This document shows, piece after piece, positions 9,753 through 16,656 of a stretch of DNA of 32,000 nt (position 1 is the stretch's first letter; the number at the start of each line of letters is the position of its first letter). Source of the DNA: Nonlabens ponticola (GTDB lineage: Bacteria > Bacteroidota > Bacteroidia > Flavobacteriales > Flavobacteriaceae); assembly GCF_003966335.1 (NCBI RefSeq), contig NZ_CP034549.1, positions 2,430,001 to 2,462,000 on the forward strand, in the 5' to 3' direction. A program made the translations under genes and the position numbers. The notes under the pieces are model-generated. The model was not told the DNA's origin. It saw only the letters and a program-made list of their open reading frames with translations, and ran no database searches.

Positions 9753-10886
9753 TTAAGAAAACATGTCTTTTACCTTTTCAAAGAAAGATTTATCTCCTTT
9801 CTCTGGTGCAGGTTCAAAAGAGCTATCTGTTTTCATACTTTCAAAAAACTCCTTTTGCTCCTTAGTTAAGGTACGTGGTGTCCATACGTTGACATGAACT
9901 AGTAGGTCACCGTTTCCATAGCCATTGAGACTAGGCATTCCTTTACCTCGCAATCTCAAGATTTTGCCAGATTGAATTCCTGCTTCGATAGGAATACGCA
10001 CCTTACCTGTCACGGTCTTAATCTCTTTAGTAGTTCCCAATACGGCGTCTGGTACGCTCACATAAAGATCATAGTGTAGATTGTTTCCTTCACGTTGCAA
10101 CTCGTCGTGTGGCTTTACCTCTATATCGACTAGTAAATCACCGCTTATACCATTGCCAGGTGCCTCATTACCTTTGCCACCTACTTTAAGACGCATATCA
10201 CTTTCTACACCAGCAGGTATCTTGATCGATACTGTTTCCTCATCAACAATAAGTCCTTGAGCATCTGCACCAGCAGGTTTTGAATCAATCATTTGTCCAG
10301 CGCCACCACAAACATTACAAGGTGCACTAGTTTGCATGCGACCCAAAATGGTATTTTGAATCTTGGTCACTTGACCAGATCCATTACATGTGGTACAAGT
10401 TTTATAGGTAACACCAGGCGCTTGTTTCTTGCGCTTGACCTTTACTTTTTTCTCAACACCATTGGCTGCTTCTTCAAGCGTCAAGGAGACTCTAATTCTC
10501 AGATCTTTTCCTTTAACTCTGCGCTGGCCACCACGACCACCAAATCCTCCAAAACCAGAGAATCCGCCGCCACCACCGCCGAAAATATCACCAAACTGGC
10601 TGAATATGTCGTCCATATCCATACCGCCAAAACCGCCGCCACCGCCAAAACCTTGACCGCCGCCACTCGTATAGGCCTGGTGACCCAACTGGTCGTACCT
10701 AGCTTTCTTCTGTGGATCGCTTAGGGTTTCATAGGCTTCGGCTGCTTTTTTGAAATTAGCCTCGGCAGTCTCGTCGCCCGGATTTTTATCTGGGTGAAAC
10801 TCGATAGCCTTCTTGCGATAGGCCTTTTTAATCTCTGCTGTGCTGGCACCTTTTGAAATACCTAAAATGTCATAAAAATCTGCCAT
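9753..10886 (-). CDS. dnaJ: Molecular chaperone DnaJ
   Basis: J domain with HPDKN, a G/F-rich linker, a Cys-rich region (only two CxxCxGxG motifs) and the C-terminal substrate-binding domains. 377 aa, 1 nt downstream of grpE. Confidence 0.97.
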   Translation of the reverse strand: MADFYDILGISKGASTAEIKKAYRKKAIEFHPDKNPGDETAEANFKKAAEAYETLSDPQKKARYDQLGHQAYTSGGGQGFGGGGGFGGMDMDDIFSQFGDIFGGGGGGFSGFGGFGGRGGQRRVKGKDLRIRVSLTLEEAANGVEKKVKVKRKKQAPGVTYKTCTTCNGSGQVTKIQNTILGRMQTSAPCNVCGGAGQMIDSKPAGADAQGLIVDEETVSIKIPAGVESDMRLKVGGKGNEAPGNGISGDLLVDIEVKPHDELQREGNNLHYDLYVSVPDAVLGTTKEIKTVTGKVRIPIEAGIQSGKILRLRGKGMPSLNGYGNGDLLVHVNVWTPRTLTKEQKEFFESMKTDSSFEPAPEKGDKSFFEKVKDMFS

Positions 10887-10887
10887 A

Positions 10888-11433
10888 TTATTTGCCTATC
10901 ACTACTTTAGGGTAACGCACTGTCTTGTCGCCCAATTTATATCCTTTCTCGATCACATCAATGATCTTTCCCTTCATCTCATCATTAGGTGCTGGTATGT
11001 GGGTCACTGCCTCATGATCCTCTGCATCAAAGGTATCGCCAGGATTTACTTCAATGACCTCAAGTCCTTTAGAGTTGAGCGTATTCTTCAACTTGTTATG
11101 AATCAGGGTAACGCCTGTTGTCAATTGCTCATCGTCAGATTTGGCGATCTCGATCATCGCACGATCAAAATCGTCCATTACAGGTATCATGTCCTTCAAT
11201 ACGCCTTCGCCCGCGGTTTTAAAAAGCTCGATGCGCTCCTTGGCAGTACGCCTCTTGAAGTTTTCAAACTCTGCAAACAGCCTCAAGAATTTGTCCTTTT
11301 CCATTTTGACGGCTTCCTCAAGCACCTCAACCTCACTGCGTTCCTCTTCTTGCTGCTCTTGCTCGCTTTCCTCTTGTTGCAATTGCTCTTCTTGCAATAC
11401 TTCTTTTTCCTCTTTTTTATTCTTCTTTCCCAT
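10888..11433 (-). CDS. grpE: Nucleotide exchange factor GrpE
   Basis: Acidic E/Q-rich N-terminus followed by the GrpE core (FLRLFAEFENFKRRTAKE ... GYKLGDKTVRYPKVVIGK). Immediately upstream of dnaJ. Confidence 0.95.
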   Translation of the reverse strand: MGKKNKKEEKEVLQEEQLQQEESEQEQQEEERSEVEVLEEAVKMEKDKFLRLFAEFENFKRRTAKERIELFKTAGEGVLKDMIPVMDDFDRAMIEIAKSDDEQLTTGVTLIHNKLKNTLNSKGLEVIEVNPGDTFDAEDHEAVTHIPAPNDEMKGKIIDVIEKGYKLGDKTVRYPKVVIGK

Positions 11434-11486
11434 ATCTAGGATATTTCTATAGTTATTAACTTGATTAAGAGTGGTTTTGGGATTAC

Positions 11487-11500
11487 GCTTTCGCGAAAGC
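11487..11500. repeat. Iterated palindrome copy 3 (core 14-mer; TTA[C]...TAA arms span 11483-11503)
   Basis: Exact core. Intergenic, 54 nt upstream of the grpE ATG on its transcribed side. Confidence 0.95.
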
Positions 11501-11534
11501 TAACTCTACCAAAATCTTACCTGCACGCAAAGGG

Positions 11535-11567
11535 CAAAAGTACTGCCATTAAACTAGTGGTGTCAAA
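11535..11567 (-). promoter_or_regulatory. Candidate grpE-dnaJ promoter (TTTG-N21-TACTTTTG)
   Basis: The minus strand reads TTTG (11567-11564), 21 nt, then TACTTTTG (11542-11535). This has the same architecture and spacing as the candidate rRNA promoter and lies about 100 nt upstream of the grpE ATG. Motif match only. Confidence 0.35.
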
Positions 11568-11620
11568 ATGTCACAAGATTAATTTAATAAACTTTTAACC
11601 AAGATCATTGTAGGTACATC

Positions 11621-11628
11621 TATTTTTG
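11621..11628 (+). promoter_or_regulatory. Candidate -7 box (TATTTTTG) for the YceI-family gene
   Basis: Matches TAnnTTTG 26 nt upstream of ATG 11654. No convincing -33 TTTG at the right spacing. Confidence 0.3.
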
Positions 11629-11653
11629 TTAGTTATTAATCAATCATAATATA

Positions 11654-12307
11654 ATGACACGTAATTTTTTAAAAATCACAAGTATGGCTGCTGTAGTTGC
11701 ATTTACAGTTGCTTGTAAAGACGCTAAAAATGAGGTGGATGCAACCGCTGCAGAAGACGAGGCAACAGCTACTGAGGCTGCTGTGACTTATACCGTTGAT
11801 GCAGATGCATCGACCATAAGCTGGGTAGGTTCAAAACCAACTGAGGATCACACTGGAACCATCGACCTACAAGGTGGTCTTGTAAAAGTAAATGGTGAGA
11901 CTATCGAGAGTGGTGAGTTTACTATTGACATGGGATCTATCGAGGTGACTGACCTTGAAGGTGAAGCTGCACAAAACTTGAAGGCGCACCTAGAAGGTAC
12001 CGTTGATGGTAAGCAGACTGACTTCTTTAATGTACCAAAATATCCAACTGCAAAGTTTGTAGTTACAGGGTTAAACGACAACATGCTAGAAGGTAACTTG
12101 ACGCTTAAGGATGTAACTAAGAATGTTTCATTCCCAGTTATGGTTTCTTATGACGGTGACAAGATGATGCTTAAATCAGAAGAATTCACCATCGATCGTA
12201 CAGATTGGGGTATCCAGTATGGTAGCGCTAACTTTACTGACATCGTTGCTGATAAGGCAATATCTGACAACATCAAGTTGACGCTAGATGTAGTGGCTAC
12301 TAAGTAG
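11654..12307 (+). CDS. YceI family lipoprotein
   Basis: Lipoprotein signal (AAVVAFTVAC), a low-complexity A/T/E linker, then a YceI-like beta-barrel domain of about 170 aa (ISWVGSKP...HTG...FTIDM.SI...). Confidence 0.82.
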   Translation: MTRNFLKITSMAAVVAFTVACKDAKNEVDATAAEDEATATEAAVTYTVDADASTISWVGSKPTEDHTGTIDLQGGLVKVNGETIESGEFTIDMGSIEVTDLEGEAAQNLKAHLEGTVDGKQTDFFNVPKYPTAKFVVTGLNDNMLEGNLTLKDVTKNVSFPVMVSYDGDKMMLKSEEFTIDRTDWGIQYGSANFTDIVADKAISDNIKLTLDVVATK

Positions 12308-12328
12308 TAGTAAAGTAAATATCAAATT

Positions 12329-12354
12329 AAAGCCTCCTATTGGAGGCTTTTTTT
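12329..12354 (+). terminator. Rho-independent terminator after the YceI-family gene
   Basis: Stem AAAGCCTCC (12329-12337) / GGAGGCTTT (12342-12350) with a 4-nt loop, followed by a T-run to 12354. It overlaps the last codons of the convergent minus-strand ORF. Confidence 0.75.
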
Positions 12355-12747
12355 ATGGAATAATAAACCGTTATGCTTTTTAAAATAATGAGTGAAACCA
12401 GTAAAAAACAAAATGATATATAAAACGTACCCCATAAAAAAATGCACACTAAGGTCATAAATAGCTGTGAGGATAATCCATGGTAAAAGGACTGCGGCCA
12501 AAGTGATTAATTGAAAATGCCTAAGCAACTTGTGTATTTTCAACTCATAGGTAGCGTCAGGATTTACCACATCATATGTCGTTTTATAAAGAAGACCTAT
12601 TTGAAATTGCAATTTATCACCATGATTGACTATCACCTCTGTTGAGCTTCCAGGCGATATCTTAGTGCGTGATCTATTATTACGCTTTATCACAATTTGC
12701 GGAGCAAAATGATATATCCGCTCATCTTGTGGGTAAGAAAAAGTCAT
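12337..12747 (-). CDS. Hypothetical membrane protein
   Basis: 136-aa ORF with a soluble N-terminal half and two C-terminal TM helices. Its ATG is 5 nt after the stop of the upstream gene, so it is probably co-transcribed. No family recognised. Confidence 0.5.
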   Translation of the reverse strand: MTFSYPQDERIYHFAPQIVIKRNNRSRTKISPGSSTEVIVNHGDKLQFQIGLLYKTTYDVVNPDATYELKIHKLLRHFQLITLAAVLLPWIILTAIYDLSVHFFMGYVLYIILFFTGFTHYFKKHNGLLFHKKSLQ

Positions 12748-12752
12748 TTTAT

Positions 12753-13664
12753 TTAATCGAGGTATTCTTCTAGTGCCGCCTCTAATTTAGTAAAGTCAAA
12801 TGAATATCCAGCTTCTTGGATCTTATTGCTGCTTACATGCTGACTGGCCAGAATGATTGTAGACATCTCACCCATGATGAGTTTCATCATGAATTTAGGC
12901 ACGTTGGGTAGAAAAACTGGCTTGTTTACCACATTGCCAATTTTTTCCATCATCGCGCGATTACGCACAGGATTAGGCGCTACACCATTATAAACACCTG
13001 TCAACTTGTGACTAGCAATATGAACGAATATCTGTGCAAGATCATCTACCGCTATCCAGCTCTGCCACATTCTACCATCTCCAAAACCTGCACCGGCATA
13101 CATTTTTACAGGTTTAGCCATTTGCTCCAGTGCACCACCTTTGGAAGCAAGTACAATACCTATACGTACGATAGAGTGTTTGACACCTAAGCCTTGAAAC
13201 TGCATCCCTATGCTTTCCCAGGCTACACAAACATCTGCCAGGAAGTTATCTGCCATAGGTGGCACTTCATTTTCCTGCATGGCGGGACCTTCTTTCTGGT
13301 CAGGATAGATACCTATGGCGCTTGCGGTAATCGCGTGCTTTACCTGATGTTCATTATCCTCTAATAAATTGAGCAATAATTGTGTACTATCAATACGGCT
13401 GGACATAATGCGCTCTTTGGCCTCATCAGTCCATCGCTGGAAAACTGATTCTCCAGCAAGATGTATAATGGTATCCACACCATCTATACACTTGCTGTCA
13501 ATTGTCATAGCCTTGACATCCCATAAGAAACCCTTGTAGTTAGCTTTATTTTCAATCGCCTCTTTTCTGGTCGTGAGATAATGCACCTCATGCCCATCGG
13601 CATGTAAAACCTCTGTGATTTTACCGCCTACTAGTCCTGTCGCTCCTGTGATAAGTACTTTCAT
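12753..13664 (-). CDS. TIGR01777-type NAD-binding epimerase/SDR family protein (YfcH-like)
   Basis: Rossmann N-terminus MKVLITGATGLVGG. The 303-aa length and the C-terminal region are typical of the YfcH/DUF1731 group. Confidence 0.82.
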   Translation of the reverse strand: MKVLITGATGLVGGKITEVLHADGHEVHYLTTRKEAIENKANYKGFLWDVKAMTIDSKCIDGVDTIIHLAGESVFQRWTDEAKERIMSSRIDSTQLLLNLLEDNEHQVKHAITASAIGIYPDQKEGPAMQENEVPPMADNFLADVCVAWESIGMQFQGLGVKHSIVRIGIVLASKGGALEQMAKPVKMYAGAGFGDGRMWQSWIAVDDLAQIFVHIASHKLTGVYNGVAPNPVRNRAMMEKIGNVVNKPVFLPNVPKFMMKLIMGEMSTIILASQHVSSNKIQEAGYSFDFTKLEAALEEYLD

Positions 13665-13724
13665 ATTACTAAGTTACTAGAGTATCAACCTCGCAACCTT
13701 GTTGTTATAGATAAGTTTAACTAG

Positions 13725-13757
13725 AAAAGCTCACAGCCATCTGGCTGTGAGCTTTTT
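13725..13757 (-). terminator. Rho-independent terminator after the DUF2141 gene
   Basis: 14-bp perfect stem AAAAGCTCACAGCC (13725-13738) / GGCTGTGAGCTTTT (13743-13756) with a 4-nt loop and A/T runs on both sides. Confidence 0.68.
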
Positions 13758-13775
13758 ACTTGATGAAATCATAAT

Positions 13776-14204
13776 TCAAATCACGATCTTGATGGTTGCA
13801 TCATCCGTAACGTCAAATTTAGCGTCTGCCCATGATGGTGGTCCCATGCTCATTGGGTTGTTACTCATTCCATAATCTTCCTTAGGCATGCCATTGTTCT
13901 CAAAGTCCATTTGCATGTTCTCATTTTTATCATGCAATACCATGACCGCATATTCACCAGCTGGTACATTTTTAAATGTTACCGTTGCAACACCATCTAC
14001 TATGGCAACAGAATCTGATTTGAAAGGTGCGGCACGCATGAAGTCGTTTTTGGTATTAAGCGAGAACATCATCTTGCCATCATTACTGCGAGCGTTAGGA
14101 ACGGTAACAGTGAGTGTATAACCATCGTTGACGGTTTCTTCTTGGCCTTGAGCAGTAAAAACGGTTGTAGCTAGAAATAAAATACTAAGGATAAAAGTTT
14201 TCAT
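13776..14204 (-). CDS. DUF2141 domain-containing secreted protein
   Basis: Signal peptide MKTFILSILFLATTVFTAQG followed by the DUF2141 pattern (...VLHDKNENMQMDFENNGMPKEDYGMSNN...). I use ATG 14204 rather than the track's 14255. Confidence 0.8.
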   Translation of the reverse strand: MKTFILSILFLATTVFTAQGQEETVNDGYTLTVTVPNARSNDGKMMFSLNTKNDFMRAAPFKSDSVAIVDGVATVTFKNVPAGEYAVMVLHDKNENMQMDFENNGMPKEDYGMSNNPMSMGPPSWADAKFDVTDDATIKIVI

Positions 14205-14250
14205 AATAAGTGTGTTTAATTTGTTAGACGAGCCAAATATGCGACCACAT

Positions 14251-14340
14251 ATCACCTGTAAAAATTATAGATCACCCAACTGTAGAATTATGAATCCCAG
14301 TTGTAAAATTTTCTAGTAAGCATCCAACTATAATCAATCT
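14251..14340. repeat. Degenerate tandem repeat array, unit about 20-23 bp (ATCACC..CTGTAnAAtTAT..)
   Basis: Unit A 14251-14270 is ATCACCTGTAAAAATTATAG. Unit B 14271-14293 is ATCACCCAACTGTAGAATTATGA. Unit C 14294-14316 is ATCCCAGTTGTAAAATTTTCTAG. A weaker fourth unit, ATCCAACTATAATCA, is at 14322-14336. The array lies in the divergent intergenic region between the DUF2141 gene and the beta-barrel gene. Confidence 0.55.
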
Positions 14341-14398
14341 GTCTCGTATATAATCTAAATCAACTACCATCAAACGATATCTTCATATTTCATTTCTA

Positions 14399-15181
14399 TT
14401 GTTGCTGGGTTGCAGCTGGACGGCAAGCGCTCAAGGCCTCGTCGATGGTTTCTATCAAGGAAAAGGAAATTTTACGGCAATACTGGGATCTGGCTATGAA
14501 GACAATCCTACTTATCTCGCTGGTAAGACTGAATTAGATCTCGAGAAGTCCTTCTTTAATATCAATACCTTCATAGCATTAGGCGTTCTTAATAATCTAG
14601 ATTTAAATATTGCAGCGGCTTACGTTCAAAGCGATGAGGAAAAAGCATTACAAGATGCGGCGATCGCTTTGAAGTACAAATTCTACACGATAAAGGGAGA
14701 AAAGACTAACATCTCATTTCAATTAGCAAGCGGTTTCAGGTTTCCGCTTTCAGACTATGAGACTGAAGGTCTCAATGCTCAAGGTCAACAGGCTACCAAC
14801 TTTTCAAATCGACTGATTATTCACGCTCAACGAGATGATGGTTTATTTGTAACTGCTCAAGCTGGATATGATTACCGATTTGATCCAGTGCCGTCGTCCG
14901 TCAATACCGCGATCAAAATAGGATTTGCCAAAAGCACCTATTACCTAGACGCTTTTATTGACATTCAAAATAGTCAAGACGGCAAGGATTACCGTGGCTT
15001 TCCTGCACCTAATAACTTTCGTGAGCTCGAGGTTGATTTTGTGAGGATAGGCACCACCTTTTACAAACCTATATATGAAGATTTAGGTGGATTTATCAAC
15101 CTGGCCTACACTGTTGATGGTCGCAATGTAGGATTGGGACCAGCGATTAATATTGGATTGGTACTTAGATCAAGGCTGTAA
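14399..15181 (+). CDS. Outer-membrane beta-barrel protein (putative transporter-like), start codon uncertain
   Basis: 260-aa ORF with beta-strand periodicity and aromatic-rich turns. The reading frame is open back to 14354 and encodes a full signal peptide (IKRYLHISFLLLLGCSWTASA/QG) with no ATG or GTG. The track start at 14399 is TTG in the middle of the hydrophobic core. Confidence 0.7.
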   Translation: MLLGCSWTASAQGLVDGFYQGKGNFTAILGSGYEDNPTYLAGKTELDLEKSFFNINTFIALGVLNNLDLNIAAAYVQSDEEKALQDAAIALKYKFYTIKGEKTNISFQLASGFRFPLSDYETEGLNAQGQQATNFSNRLIIHAQRDDGLFVTAQAGYDYRFDPVPSSVNTAIKIGFAKSTYYLDAFIDIQNSQDGKDYRGFPAPNNFRELEVDFVRIGTTFYKPIYEDLGGFINLAYTVDGRNVGLGPAINIGLVLRSRL

Positions 15182-15193
15182 AGACATTAAACC

Positions 15194-15520
15194 TTAAAGA
15201 TTCTTCTTGATCTTGAGCAGCTCTGCTTTTACAAATTCCAGCTTGGCAATGATCTCAAAATTGCTGATCTCTGTTTTATGAGATTTCATGTAATCACGAG
15301 CGCCTTCTAACGTGTAGCCACATTCCTGTACTAAATGGAATATGGTTTGTAGATTTTTAATATCCTGCGGTGTAAACTTACGGTTACCGCGAGCATTTTT
15401 TTTAGGCTGGATGATGTCAAATTCCTTTTCATAGAATCTGATTTTTGAAGCTGCCACGCCGAAGGCCTTGGTCACTTCACCCATGGAATAATACAGCTTT
15501 TCTGGTAGGTCAACGTGCAT
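15194..15520 (-). CDS. MerR family transcriptional regulator
   Basis: 108 aa with an N-terminal MerR-type HTH (YSMGEVTKAFGVAASKIRFYEKEF) and a short coiled-coil C-terminus. Its ATG shares 1 nt with the upstream stop, as TAATG. Confidence 0.82.
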   Translation of the reverse strand: MHVDLPEKLYYSMGEVTKAFGVAASKIRFYEKEFDIIQPKKNARGNRKFTPQDIKNLQTIFHLVQECGYTLEGARDYMKSHKTEISNFEIIAKLEFVKAELLKIKKNL

Positions 15521-16500
15521 TAGTCCAGTGATATATTTTCCTGCTGTGATTTCTTGAGCAGCTCGTTAAACTCCTCTGGAGTCAAGTTACCGTAATAGAA
15601 ATTGATAGGATTGATACGCTCGCCATCCAGGAATACTTCATAGTGCAAGTGTGGTGCCTGTGATCTTCCTGTAGACCCTACATAACCTATGATATCGCCG
15701 CGTTTTACACGCTGGCCGCGTCTCACATTATATGGCTTGTTAGATCTCAAATGTGCGTATAAAGTAGTGTAGCCAAAACCGTGATCGATACGTATATGAT
15801 TCCCATAACCAGAGCTATTAGCATCTGCTCGATCTACAACGCCATCGCCAGTAGCAAAAACAGGTGTACCGCGCGGCGCGGTAAAATCCATACCATAATG
15901 AAACTTTCTGGTCTTGTTAAAGGGATCTGTACGATAACCATAGCCACTTGCCATGCGCGTCAAATCCTGGTTGCGCACTGGTTGAATGGCTGGAATACTG
16001 GCTAGTAAATTTTCTTTATCCTTGGCAAGTACCGCAATCTCGTCTAGCGATTTACTCTGTATAGCGACACGCTTCTTGAGCTTATCGATAGACTCTTTTA
16101 CAGCTATAATTCGCTCACTGGCGTCATATCCTTCATAATCCTCATAGCGATTCACACCACCAAAACCTGCCTGTCGCTGCTCATCTGGAATAGGCGTCGC
16201 GTCAAAATAAATACGGTAGATACTGTTATCGCGATCCTCAATATCCTCAATTACAGTCGCTAGCTGCTCTACTTCCATCTGCATGGACTTGAGCTGCTGC
16301 TCCACAAATTGTTTCTCACGCTTTGCACGTCTCAATTCTGGCGAGTCATATACCTGACCTGCATATAGATAGAGTAAAAAACCTGTGAGACAAGAGAAGA
16401 AAATAAAAAGCGTCACTCCACCAAAAATCTTACGCTTCTTGCGCTCTACCTTCTGGTAGGACAAGGTTTCTGGATCGTAGTAATACTTAATCTTTGACAT
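15520..16500 (-). CDS. M23 family metallopeptidase, membrane-anchored
   Basis: One TM helix, a coiled-coil region, then the M23 motifs HYGMDF, GNHIRIDHG and PHLHYEV. The start is set at ATG 16500 (MSKIKYYYDPETLSYQ). The track's extension to 16617 crosses the palindrome and promoter region. Confidence 0.85.
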   Translation of the reverse strand: MSKIKYYYDPETLSYQKVERKKRKIFGGVTLFIFFSCLTGFLLYLYAGQVYDSPELRRAKREKQFVEQQLKSMQMEVEQLATVIEDIEDRDNSIYRIYFDATPIPDEQRQAGFGGVNRYEDYEGYDASERIIAVKESIDKLKKRVAIQSKSLDEIAVLAKDKENLLASIPAIQPVRNQDLTRMASGYGYRTDPFNKTRKFHYGMDFTAPRGTPVFATGDGVVDRADANSSGYGNHIRIDHGFGYTTLYAHLRSNKPYNVRRGQRVKRGDIIGYVGSTGRSQAPHLHYEVFLDGERINPINFYYGNLTPEEFNELLKKSQQENISLD

Positions 16501-16522
16501 ATGTTTTAATATGCTATTTTTG
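16493..16522 (+). promoter_or_regulatory. Candidate alaS promoter (TTTG-N18-TATTTTTG)
   Basis: TTTG at 16493-16496 and TATTTTTG at 16515-16522 on the plus strand, about 135 nt upstream of the alaS ATG. A mirror -7 box, TACTTTTG, lies on the minus strand at 16622-16615 for the peptidase gene. Motif match only. Confidence 0.3.
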
Positions 16523-16571
16523 CCGTGAATAGCACGCTGCTTGTGGTTTGCAGTGTGTTTGATGAGTGTTA

Positions 16572-16585
16572 GCTTTCGCGAAAGC
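16572..16585. repeat. Iterated palindrome copy 4 (core 14-mer; GTTA...[G]TAAC arms span 16568-16590)
   Basis: Exact core, in the divergent M23-peptidase/alaS intergenic region. Confidence 0.95.
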
Positions 16586-16656
16586 GTAACAATCATCACA
16601 GCAATAAACGCAAACAAAAGTAATAAATTACCTCAAACTGCATCTACAGCAAGCCG

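Noticed and set aside
10293-10724. Antisense ORFs on the plus strand (143 aa, and a 75-aa proline-rich PPPPPK ORF), and an apparent GGC/GCC tandem repeat
   Set aside because: This is the mirror image of the Gly/Phe-rich linker of DnaJ on the minus strand. The repetitiveness is codon-level low complexity, not a repeat element or a gene.
10999-11452. Two long plus-strand ORFs (146 and 103 aa)
   Set aside because: They are antisense to grpE. The Leu/Ser/Phe-rich translation is the mirror of the E/Q/K-rich GrpE N-terminus.
11451-11639. Direct repeat AGTTATTAA at 11451-11459 and 11631-11639, near the grpE and yceI starts
   Set aside because: A 9-mer repeated in a very AT-rich spacer is plausible by chance, and I see no supporting third copy.
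11434-11653. Search for a CIRCE/HrcA operator upstream of grpE
   Set aside because: No TTAGCACTC-N9-GAGTGCTAA or close variant is present.
16501-16617. N-terminal extension of the M23 peptidase ORF. Similar extensions occur at 6410-6502, 14205-14255, 19187-19282, 29804-29896 and 29694-29846
   Set aside because: The extensions overlap neighbouring genes or promoter regions. They also put non-signal residues in front of clear signal peptides or conserved N-termini. The internal ATGs give better gene models.
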